A stretch of DNA of 64,000 nucleotides from positions 96,001 through 160,000 of the forward strand of contig CAXXKJ010000001.1 of NCBI GenBank assembly GCA_963675295.2, given 5' to 3'. Below the pieces are notes generated by a model. That model saw only the letters and a program-made list of their open reading frames with translations, was not told where the DNA came from and searched no databases. Each line of letters begins with the position of its first letter. Position 1 is the stretch's first letter. The DNA is from a bacterium (GTDB lineage: Bacteria > Electryoneota > Electryoneia > Electryoneales > Electryoneaceae). Made by a program: the position numbers and the translations under genes. Shown here piece by piece: positions 56,006-64,000 of the stretch.

Positions 56006-57787
56006 TCATCTCACCAGCATCACTTTCTGCGTCTGGTCGAGCTGGCCGGGAACGCTTGCGTGAATGAAATACAGGCCGCTTGTCAAGGACGATCCATCAA
56101 ACACCATTGTGTGCCTGCCAGACTGGTGTAGACCGGACGAAAGCGCCGCAACCCGTTGGCCGGCAATGTTATACACTGTCACAGTCAGCTCGGCGGCTTC
56201 CGGCAACATGACGGTTAGCGTCGTCGTCGGATTGAACGGATTCGGCGAGGCGGGGCAGAAAGCGTAGTCCTGGACCTGATCCGCTGACTCGCCGGATTCC
56301 TGCTGCCCCGCAAGATCGTCACCAATCGCCCGGATGATGTTCTGTCCATCCGGGGAAACATGATTTCTCAGACGGAAGGTCGCGGATTCGATCGCATGAA
56401 TCGGGTAGGTGCCAGCCTGAACCGTGACATAGTACACCCCCGCCGGAGCGTCATCGGGAATCGTCCATGTGTCCGACACACTCGCCACGTGTTCGCCGGG
56501 AATCAGCTCCACTGAACGCAGGTTCACTGTGTCGATCTGAACCAGTCCCGGATAGCGGATCACGGTCCACAGATCAACGATGGTGTTGAAGTTCATTCGG
56601 TTGGATATGCTGGTGCGGTACTGGATGGTGCGCTCGAGATTGCCGGAAAAATAGGCTTCCTGTTGAACCCCCATCTCGATGGGATCTCCCTCGACCCATT
56701 CCCAGAAGACACACTCGCCCTCGGTGTTCCCGGCGACAAGGACATCCCAGTCGCCATCGCCGTCCATGTCCGTGGCGTCAACGTGCATCGGTCCCGGATA
56801 CGCGCGGGCGATGTAGCGCTTGGTCCAGTTATTGTTGCCCAGATTCTCATACCAGCAGACGTAATCCTGCTGGAAGGAGTTGGCGACAATGTCCATGTCG
56901 CCATCGAAATCCATATCCACCGCATCCAGGCTGCGTGGATAGATGATGTCACCATCGATCAGGTGCGGGTTCCAGCCGTTGCCCTGGCCGTCGTTTTCCC
57001 ACCAGATAATCATGTCGGCGTAGCGCCCGGCGCTTACAATGTCGCAGTCGCCATCGTTGTCGATGTCGACACCGATTGCCGCACGCGACCCCTCCCAGTT
57101 TTCCGCGACGAGGTGTTCGACCCAGCCGTCCGCCGTCTGTTCGAACCAGCCGACCCTGTCAATCGAGCCGGATGAACCGATGAAATCAAGGTCGCCGTCG
57201 AGGTCGATGTCGGCGGGGTACACCCAACGCGCGCCGTTGATGGTGGCGACAATCTGGTTGTCGAAGTGTCCCGCGCCGTCGTTGATCGAAAGCGTGAACG
57301 CCTCGAGGCCGGCCGAGGCGCCAAGGACGTCGTTGTCGCCGTCTGCGTCGATGTCAACCGCATAAACACCCTTGGCGAGGGGCATGTCCATCAGCAGGTG
57401 ACGCGACCAGGGGTCGGTGCCACGATTTTCCCACCAGGCGAGTTGATTTGCGACAATCGCCGTCGCGAGGATGTCGCCGTCGCCGTCACCGTCAATATCG
57501 GCGGCATGAATCTGCCAGCCACCGGTAAAGCTGCTGTCGATAACGTGCATGGCGAAGGACGTTCCCAAGTTCTCGAACCAGGCCACCCTTCCGTCCAAAC
57601 GGCTGACACACATCGCATCCATGTCGCCGTCAACGTCCAGGTCCATGGAATACACGCCGCGTACGCTATCGAATCCTTCGCCCAGCCGGTGAAAAATCCA
57701 GGCGGCATCAGCTGTCAACGTGGAGAGCACCAGGACAACGAGGAGAACAGCGATACGTAGCCCATCTGATTTCGATTCGTACTGCAT
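56006..57787 (-). CDS. FG-GAP/VCBS repeat protein with sorting domain
   Basis: Seven DxDxDGDxD repeats with W(W/F)EN; PNPFN...QKVMLVR. Confidence 0.87.
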   Translation of the reverse strand: MQYESKSDGLRIAVLLVVLVLSTLTADAAWIFHRLGEGFDSVRGVYSMDLDVDGDMDAMCVSRLDGRVAWFENLGTSFAMHVIDSSFTGGWQIHAADIDGDGDGDILATAIVANQLAWWENRGTDPWSRHLLMDMPLAKGVYAVDIDADGDNDVLGASAGLEAFTLSINDGAGHFDNQIVATINGARWVYPADIDLDGDLDFIGSSGSIDRVGWFEQTADGWVEHLVAENWEGSRAAIGVDIDNDGDCDIVSAGRYADMIIWWENDGQGNGWNPHLIDGDIIYPRSLDAVDMDFDGDMDIVANSFQQDYVCWYENLGNNNWTKRYIARAYPGPMHVDATDMDGDGDWDVLVAGNTEGECVFWEWVEGDPIEMGVQQEAYFSGNLERTIQYRTSISNRMNFNTIVDLWTVIRYPGLVQIDTVNLRSVELIPGEHVASVSDTWTIPDDAPAGVYYVTVQAGTYPIHAIESATFRLRNHVSPDGQNIIRAIGDDLAGQQESGESADQVQDYAFCPASPNPFNPTTTLTVMLPEAAELTVTVYNIAGQRVAALSSGLHQSGRHTMVFDGSSLTSGLYFIHASVPGQLDQTQKVMLVR

Positions 57788-58157
57788 ACCAACCTCATTT
57801 CAAACGTGATACCATTCGATGCTTCAGACAAGCGTTCCGCAGCCGCATATGCCAGACCAGCAACCGCCGGAACCAGGCATCTGTAATCGTACTTGCCGTG
57901 ATTGGGGGAACGGCAACAATACGTTGCAATATCGGTTGATGTCATATGGAAAACGAGGACTGCCGGCGATTTTGTAAAATTTCTCAGAGCCCAACCGTCT
58001 CCACTATACTGCAAAAGGCGACGCCAAGACCGAAGTAATTTCTTTTCAAACATTTAGAATGTGTTTTGCCTCCGATCCATTGCATCGAAACAGTTATGCT
58101 GACAGGATTCAGCGTGTTGGTTGACTCACATCCTCTTCACACAAATGCCCCATTCAC

Positions 58158-58232
58158 ACAGAAAACGGGAGCCAGCGTTTCGCTGACTCCCGTCTATTTC
58201 CGTACCCCCGACAGGACTTGAACCTGTTGCCT
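58158..58232 (-). repeat. Direct repeat of tRNA-Arg 3' end plus terminator (att-like site)
   Basis: 72/75 identical to 62885-62959. Confidence 0.92.
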
Positions 58233-58385
58233 TCGGATCAGAAATCCTGAACAGCACAAAACACACAACAAGCAACAAGCGGTAACAGCAGGGATAATCG
58301 TTAGATAGCCGTTTTTCTCCAGCTCTGAGTTGTTGTGACTTGCAGGCCATTCTTGAGGACACTGCACCACGAGTGCCCCACAGGA

Positions 58386-60530
58386 TCACCTCACCAGCAT
58401 CACCTTCTGCACCTGGTCCAGATGACCGGGGACAGTGGCGCGGATGAAGTACAAGCCGCTCGCAAGATTTGATGCTTGGAGAGTTATCCGGTGTTCCCCG
58501 GCAGAGTGCCGTCCATGTGCCAGAGTAGTCACTTCCCGCCCGAGCACGTTATAGACCGTAGCTGCGAGCTCTGCGGATTCGGGTAAGGTCACCGTAAACG
58601 AGGTGCTGGCGTTGAACGGGTTTGGGTACGCGGAGGAGACGCTGAACTCAGTGGGGAGCGGTTCCTGAGTGGCTACCTGCGCACCGGTTGTTTCCCATGC
58701 TTCGTTGCGCCAGTCTTCTACGTTCCATTCGGACTGAGGGACGGAAACTGTGTTTGTTCCCGCCAGCTTTTCAAACTCGAAGCTGTCCGTGTCAACGATC
58801 AGAGTTGGGTACGTACCGACGTGGATCTCGAAATCATAGGTTCCCGCAGGTGCAAACGCCGGCACCCAGACCGGGTACGGATCGGCGGGCGCAATTGTGC
58901 TGAATGGAGTGAGGGTGAGTTGAATTTGATCCAGGGGTCCGTAGCTGTTGCCGTTCGGCAGGATGACCTGTGTCCAGACATCACCGGTGACCGGGTAGGG
59001 TGTGGGATTGTTCAACTCGACGAAGAACCAGAAGCCGCCGCCATAGGACGGGATCACGATCGGTTCATGGTGCGGAGTCAGAGTGACCGTCGGCGTCGAT
59101 GTGATGGTAAAGGCTGAGTCGCTGACATCCTGTTCGATACCGCTGAAGGCTGTGATCCGAACACGGTAATTGTCGCCGAGCTCGAAGTCTTCCGGGATTG
59201 TGAACACAAACTCACCGTCATTTTCGGTGCCGTCCGAAATAACCGCCGCGACAAACGCCCCATCCAGCAGTTCAAGCAGCATTTCTTCGTTCGGTCCGTT
59301 CTGCCATTCGATCGTGTGCGTGGTTCCGACACGCCAGGATTCGCCACCGTTTGGAGACTGGATATGCAAGTCGAGACGGTCGTATCGCGCGACGTAGAGA
59401 TCGTCATTGTTCAAGCCAATACGGCCGGCAACGATGATGCCATTGTCATCCGTCTGGTCAATGCCATAGCCCGATCTCGCGGTTGGATCGACCAGGCTCC
59501 ACTCTTCCTCTCCCTGGTTGTCGGTTTTCACAAGCCAGATCTGGCCGTCAATGTTGCCAGTCATGATGAATCCGCCCTCACGCGCTGCCGTCATCGCGAA
59601 GAAATAGTTGTGTTCCGGGGCGGAAAATACGCGTTCCCATTCAAGCACTCCGGCGGAGTCCGTTTTAAACAGATACCCTTCCTGGCCGTACCCGATCTCT
59701 TCATGAACACCTGCCACTACAAATCCACCATCCGCAACCTGTACCAGTGATTTGGCCGAGTCGTATTCCGGTCCTCCGTACACCTCATGCCAGAGCTCAT
59801 TTCCATCGGAATCCGTTCGGAGGAGGAAGGCGTTGTAGTCGGCGTCTCCCAACGTGGTGTTCCCACAAATGGCAAATCCACCGTCCTCCGTCTGGATCAC
59901 GCAATCGCCATAGTCTCGTGTGCTCAACTCATAATTCTGCTGCCAGAGCTCCATTCCGCTTTCATCAAACTTCTTCAGCCAAAGGTGGACGGGATTTGTC
60001 CCAAACGGGAACGTTGACCCGACCACCGCATAGCCGCCGTCGTTTGTCTGGATGACCCATTCCCCGTTGTCGTAGTCAGATCCGCCCCGGTACACATTCC
60101 ATTCTTCGTTGCCGTTGGCGTCCGTTTTGATCAGCCACATGTCGGCGTTTCCGGAACCGTAGGAGTACGTCGTTCCGGTGATGATGTAGCCGCCGTCCGA
60201 GGTGAGTTCAACGTTCTCCGGCCAGTCGTGATTGGGTCCGCCGAACGTGGTCTCCCATTCTTCTTCCCCGTCCGCATCCAGCTTCAGTAACCAGATATCG
60301 CGGTCGCCCGCGCCGATAGATTCTGTTACGCCGACAACGATGTAGCCACCATCCGGCGTTTGCCGCACGCATTCTCCCTCATCGTCTTCAATGCCCCCGT
60401 ACGTTTGAGTCCAGAGCAGATCAGGGGGTTGCGCGGAGGACACCCCCGCCAGTATCAATAGCGCCAGACCAAACCCGAGATGCTGGGATATCTTCGTCAT
60501 CCGCTGGTGGCTGCGTGTATCTGTCGTCAT
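58386..60530 (-). CDS. Secreted beta-propeller repeat protein with Ig-like modules and sorting domain
   Basis: Repeats QT.DGGY...G......WL.K.D..G...W...YGG; SPNGGE module; YPNPFN tail. Confidence 0.87.
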   Translation of the reverse strand: MTTDTRSHQRMTKISQHLGFGLALLILAGVSSAQPPDLLWTQTYGGIEDDEGECVRQTPDGGYIVVGVTESIGAGDRDIWLLKLDADGEEEWETTFGGPNHDWPENVELTSDGGYIITGTTYSYGSGNADMWLIKTDANGNEEWNVYRGGSDYDNGEWVIQTNDGGYAVVGSTFPFGTNPVHLWLKKFDESGMELWQQNYELSTRDYGDCVIQTEDGGFAICGNTTLGDADYNAFLLRTDSDGNELWHEVYGGPEYDSAKSLVQVADGGFVVAGVHEEIGYGQEGYLFKTDSAGVLEWERVFSAPEHNYFFAMTAAREGGFIMTGNIDGQIWLVKTDNQGEEEWSLVDPTARSGYGIDQTDDNGIIVAGRIGLNNDDLYVARYDRLDLHIQSPNGGESWRVGTTHTIEWQNGPNEEMLLELLDGAFVAAVISDGTENDGEFVFTIPEDFELGDNYRVRITAFSGIEQDVSDSAFTITSTPTVTLTPHHEPIVIPSYGGGFWFFVELNNPTPYPVTGDVWTQVILPNGNSYGPLDQIQLTLTPFSTIAPADPYPVWVPAFAPAGTYDFEIHVGTYPTLIVDTDSFEFEKLAGTNTVSVPQSEWNVEDWRNEAWETTGAQVATQEPLPTEFSVSSAYPNPFNASTSFTVTLPESAELAATVYNVLGREVTTLAHGRHSAGEHRITLQASNLASGLYFIRATVPGHLDQVQKVMLVR

Positions 60531-60557
60531 TTGTCCATCTCCTCGTTCTGATAGCGA

Positions 60558-62672
60558 TTATCTCACCAGCATCAGCTTCTGAAACTGGTTTTCCCGGCCC
60601 GCGACTTGCGTGTGGAGGAAATACAAGCCACTGCTCAGCTGTGAACCGTCGAAGGTGAATCTGTGCGTCCCCGCACGGAAGCTTCCATCCGCGAGTGCCG
60701 CCACCTTCTGTCCCATCACGTTGTACATGACCATCGTCACCTCGCCCCCGTCCGGCAGGGTGAGCTCGATCGTCGTGGCTGAGTTGAATGGATTCGGGTT
60801 GATGTGAAGGAGTTCGTGGGGTGCATCCAGATCTACTTCCGCGCCTGGTTGCGTCGGATACTCACCGACCGGTTGCGACCAGTCGGAGAGATTCCAGCTT
60901 TCCCGTGGTTTTACATCGATGTCATCAGCGTTGAGCTTTTCGAACGAGAAGCTGTCCGAGGCAAGGACCCTCGATGGAAAGATCCCGGCGTTGGCGATAA
61001 ACTGGTAGGTCCCAGCCGGTGCATAGGACGGGACCCATTGCGCAAACGGCTGCACTGGTGACCACGTAGAATTTCCCGGAACCGTAATCGTGCTCAACGA
61101 CAATGGACCGTACAGCGCACCATTGGGCAGCTCAACCTCTGTCCAGAATTGCCCGGTTGCGGAGGCGGATGATGGGTTGAACACCTCAGCCCAGTAAAAG
61201 AAACCATCACCGTCCGGAGTGATCGTGACAGGGGGATCATACGGTGTCAGGGTGAGGCTGGGCAGCGACGCGACGCTGAACGGGGCATCGCTGACATCCT
61301 GCTCACTCCCCGACAACAGGGTGAGACGTATCCGGTAATTGTCTCCGAGGGGAATGTCGTTGCTGATCGTCCAGTCATACTCACCATCGTTCTCAGTGCC
61401 GACGGAAATCACCTCGATGACGATTGGTCCCTCGATCAACTCGATGTACACCAGCTCCTGCGCACCCGGTACCCAACGAAGAGTCTGGGTCGTGTTACGG
61501 CGCCACGTTTCACCGCCATTGGGCGAAACGACACGCAATGGGAAAGGCTCGTCCAACCCCCACCAGACGATGTCGTCGCCAAAATATGCCCCGCTGAGGA
61601 TGTCCTGCATACCGTCGCCGTCAATATCCGCGGGGACAACATACCAGGGATCATCGAAGGAATCGTCCACGATGTGTTCCACCCAGCTCAGCCCGTCACC
61701 GTCGCTGTTTTCCCACCAGGCGATAGTGTTTGCCTCGCGAGCGGCACCGAGGACGTCGATGTCGCCATCCAGATCCATATCCTGGCCATACACGCAGTGC
61801 GCGCCGTAGAAATATCCGCTGAGTGGATGTTCGGCCCACTCGGTGCCGTTCCCATCCACATTTTCCCACCATAGCAGCAGATTGTCAACGCGGGCTGCGC
61901 CGAGTATGTCAAGATCGCCGTCCCCATCCACATCGGCGGCGTTCGCATTGATTGCGCCGTTGGCGTCGCCCACGACCAGGTGTTCTTCCCAGCTCGAGCC
62001 ATCGCCGTTCACATTTTCCCACCAGGAAATGTCGTCAGCGTCGTAGGCCGCGCCAACGACATCCAGATCGCCGTCCTCGTCCATGTCGACCGTGCTGACG
62101 TTAAACGCACCATCAAACTGGTCGTCGATGGCATGTTGCGTCCAGACAAGACCGGTACCCTCGGCATTCTCCCACCACGTGATGTCGTTGTCGTCCCGTG
62201 CAGCACCGAGCACGTCATCGTCGCCGTCACCGTCCACATCAGCAACGCAGACACAGGAGACGGCGTCAAATCCACTCGCTATCTGGTGTTCGTCCCATTG
62301 AGGAGGTCCGAAATCCAACGTTTCCCACCAGGAGATGGTGTTGGTGTCGTACGCGGATCCGACGACGTCCATATCCCCATCTCCATCCAGATCCCCGCCA
62401 TAGACACTTGACGCGCCCGGGAAATTGTTGTCCAGCACATATTCAGACCATGACGATCCAGCTCCGTTGTTGCGCCAGTACGTGATATGCCCTTCGTACC
62501 CGGGACGCGCGCCCGCAGCAAGAATGTCGATCTCACCATCGCCATTCATGTCCACGGCGCAGACCGATTTTGGGCCGCGGAACGTATTTGTCACCGGGTG
62601 CTCGACCCAGGTCTGGGCCACCGCAAAAGAAGGCAGCAGCACAACCACCAACGCGAATACAATGTTTTTCAT
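60558..62672 (-). CDS. FG-GAP repeat protein with Ig-like modules and sorting domain
   Basis: Seven DxDGDGDxD..WWEN repeats; SPNGGE module; NPNPFN...QKLMLVR. Confidence 0.87.
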   Translation of the reverse strand: MKNIVFALVVVLLPSFAVAQTWVEHPVTNTFRGPKSVCAVDMNGDGEIDILAAGARPGYEGHITYWRNNGAGSSWSEYVLDNNFPGASSVYGGDLDGDGDMDVVGSAYDTNTISWWETLDFGPPQWDEHQIASGFDAVSCVCVADVDGDGDDDVLGAARDDNDITWWENAEGTGLVWTQHAIDDQFDGAFNVSTVDMDEDGDLDVVGAAYDADDISWWENVNGDGSSWEEHLVVGDANGAINANAADVDGDGDLDILGAARVDNLLLWWENVDGNGTEWAEHPLSGYFYGAHCVYGQDMDLDGDIDVLGAAREANTIAWWENSDGDGLSWVEHIVDDSFDDPWYVVPADIDGDGMQDILSGAYFGDDIVWWGLDEPFPLRVVSPNGGETWRRNTTQTLRWVPGAQELVYIELIEGPIVIEVISVGTENDGEYDWTISNDIPLGDNYRIRLTLLSGSEQDVSDAPFSVASLPSLTLTPYDPPVTITPDGDGFFYWAEVFNPSSASATGQFWTEVELPNGALYGPLSLSTITVPGNSTWSPVQPFAQWVPSYAPAGTYQFIANAGIFPSRVLASDSFSFEKLNADDIDVKPRESWNLSDWSQPVGEYPTQPGAEVDLDAPHELLHINPNPFNSATTIELTLPDGGEVTMVMYNVMGQKVAALADGSFRAGTHRFTFDGSQLSSGLYFLHTQVAGRENQFQKLMLVR

Positions 62673-62884
62673 GGATTGAAACCCTCATTTTTGCTCAAAC
62701 ATAGATCTTCTGAACGCGAATATACGAAACGTTAGCAGATCGTGCCACGCGTTGACCACATTCGTCATCGTGTAATATCGCAGATTGCCGGCGGGCAGTT
62801 GACTTGCAGGGAGCCTGCCTTCGATTGAATCAGATTATCTGTGAGACAACGACAAAGCGGACCGGTCTGCATGTCCTGACCGTA

Positions 62885-62920
62885 ACAGAGAACGGGAGCC
62901 AGCGTTTCGCTGACTCCCGT
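62885..62920 (-). terminator. Terminator downstream of tRNA-Arg
   Basis: ACGGGAGCCAGCG-TTT-CGCTGACTCCCGT hairpin, followed by TCTCTGT on the minus strand. Confidence 0.7.
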
Positions 62921-62929
62921 CCATTTCCG

Positions 62930-63003
62930 TACCCCCGACAGGACTCGAACCTGTTGCCTCAAGATTAGGAATCTTGCGCTCTATCCTGATGAGCTACGGG
63001 GGC
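62930..63003 (-). tRNA. tRNA-Arg (anticodon CCT), CCA not encoded
   Basis: GCCCCCGTAGCTCATCAGGATAGAGCGCAAGATTCCTAATCTTGAGGCAACAGGTTCGAGTCCTGTCGGGGGTA folds into a cloverleaf. Confidence 0.96.
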
Positions 63004-63330
63004 AAAGCATGACGCCGCCAAGATAACAACCCATGCGGCGAATCCGAACCCTGAGTCTCGTGGCGTTCTCCCCAAATACTGTCAGCAGGCAACACCCGTC
63101 ACTGGACAGTCGGGTTTCGTCTCCCTGCATCCATGACTCAGCGCTGACAACATTTTGTCCATGAAACCACGTCAGTGATTCTGCGGCTGAGCCAGGGGCC
63201 GAGTTTTTACCTGTTCCTGTTGAACCTCTGAACGCGAAAATGAACGGAGAACGCCGAACAATTCGCTGTTTGGCACCACTACTTTTTGCGGCAAGCTACC
63301 ACAATGATTCAGGCGAAAGCGTCAACTCCG

Positions 63331-64000
63331 ATGATTCGACACGCCGTCAGCTTCGCCGCCCGGAAACGGGTGGACATCGTGGAAGAAGAAGTCGCTTCAC
63401 CCGCTGCCGGCGAAGTCCTGGTCCAGACCCGTGCCAGTCTTGTCAGTCCGGGCACGGAAATGCTGGTCTATCGCGGACAAGCGCCGTCCGAAATGCCGGT
63501 GGACGCCAAGCTGCCGGCATTCAATGGCGAACGGTTCCGCTATCCGATCAAGTATGGGTACGCCTGTGTCGGAACCGTCGTCGAGATCGGCGAATCCGTG
63601 CCGGACCAGTGGCGTGACAAAACGGTATTCACGTTTCACCCGCATGAAACCGCGTTCCTCGCCAAACTGGAAGATCTGATTCCGCTGCCGGACGGAATAT
63701 CAGTCGACGACGCGCTGTTTCTCCCGTTGATGGAAACGGCGGTCAACCTGGTGCAGGACGGTGCCCCGCGACTGGGGGAAACCGTTGCCGTGACGGGTGT
63801 CGGCGTTGTCGGCCTGTTGACCACGGCGATCCTCGCCCGGATGCCGTTGTCGGGTGTGTATGCGCTCGACCTGTACCCGAAACGCCGGGAGCTGGCGCTG
63901 ACCCTTGGGGCGACAGCGGTTGCTGATCCGGCGGACGAAGGGGCCGTCAACGAATTGCAGACACAGCTCCAGTCGCACAGTCCCGGTGCAGATGTCACAT
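63331..64000 (+). CDS. 3'-truncated zinc-binding alcohol dehydrogenase-like (MDR) oxidoreductase
   Basis: Translated by hand (absent from ORF track): GEVLVQTRASLVSPGTE...YGYACVG...HPHE...GVGVVG Rossmann motif; alternative start 63304. Confidence 0.85.
   Translation, partial: MIRHAVSFAARKRVDIVEEEVASPAAGEVLVQTRASLVSPGTEMLVYRGQAPSEMPVDAKLPAFNGERFRYPIKYGYACVGTVVEIGESVPDQWRDKTVFTFHPHETAFLAKLEDLIPLPDGISVDDALFLPLMETAVNLVQDGAPRLGETVAVTGVGVVGLLTTAILARMPLSGVYALDLYPKRRELALTLGATAVADPADEGAVNELQTQLQSHSPGADVT

Larger units (their letters stand above)
58158..62959. mobile_element. tRNA-anchored genomic islet (~4.7 kb), no integrase
   Basis: Bounded by 75-bp direct repeats containing the tRNA 3' end; carries two secreted-protein genes. 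Confidence 0.72.

Noticed and set aside
58158-58250. Second functional tRNA
   Set aside because: Lacks the 5' acceptor strand and D-arm
57790-58385. Small ORFs (57715-58053, 58126-58389) or an integrase remnant
   Set aside because: No recognisable motifs; they run across the tRNA-derived repeat and AT-rich intergenic DNA
63240-63998. Listed ORFs 63240-63617, 63431-63679 and 63636-63998
   Set aside because: The real gene is the open-ended + frame from 63331 (MDR dehydrogenase), which the track omits

Overview
High-GC bacterial window, probably from a non-Bacteroidota FCB-group lineage. This is inferred from nine proteins ending in a T9SS/FlgD-like 'YPNPFN...ASG.Y...K..L.K/R' tail, together with ordinary GGAG(G) ribosome-binding sites and TTGAC-N17 promoters. 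There are five blocks. (1) 1-14.3 kb: galactan/galactose locus (two GH53, GH2 with a LamG insert, LacI, galM, SSS symporter, galT, galK), with a six-copy palindromic REP-like array inside it. (2) 14.4-19.4 kb: a secreted repeat protein, outer-membrane phospholipase A and an alpha/beta hydrolase. (3) 19.5-35.8 kb: a sigma54-controlled anaerobic redox block flanked by two PAS-Cys (OrpR-like) activators. It holds an Orange-protein (orp)-like cluster and an Hmc/DsrMK-like membrane complex whose NrfD subunit is fused to a six-CxxCH cytochrome. (4) 35.9-52.7 kb: a beta-1,3-glucan locus with no SusC/SusD, a ROK repressor whose four operators and three promoters are readable in the DNA, seven copies of a CBM-like module, and a glycosidase fused to a possible beta-barrel. 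(5) 52.8-64 kb: four secreted modular proteins, two of them in a 4.7-kb integrase-less islet at tRNA-Arg(CCT), then a partial dehydrogenase. All calls come from reading motifs by eye; no database searches were run.
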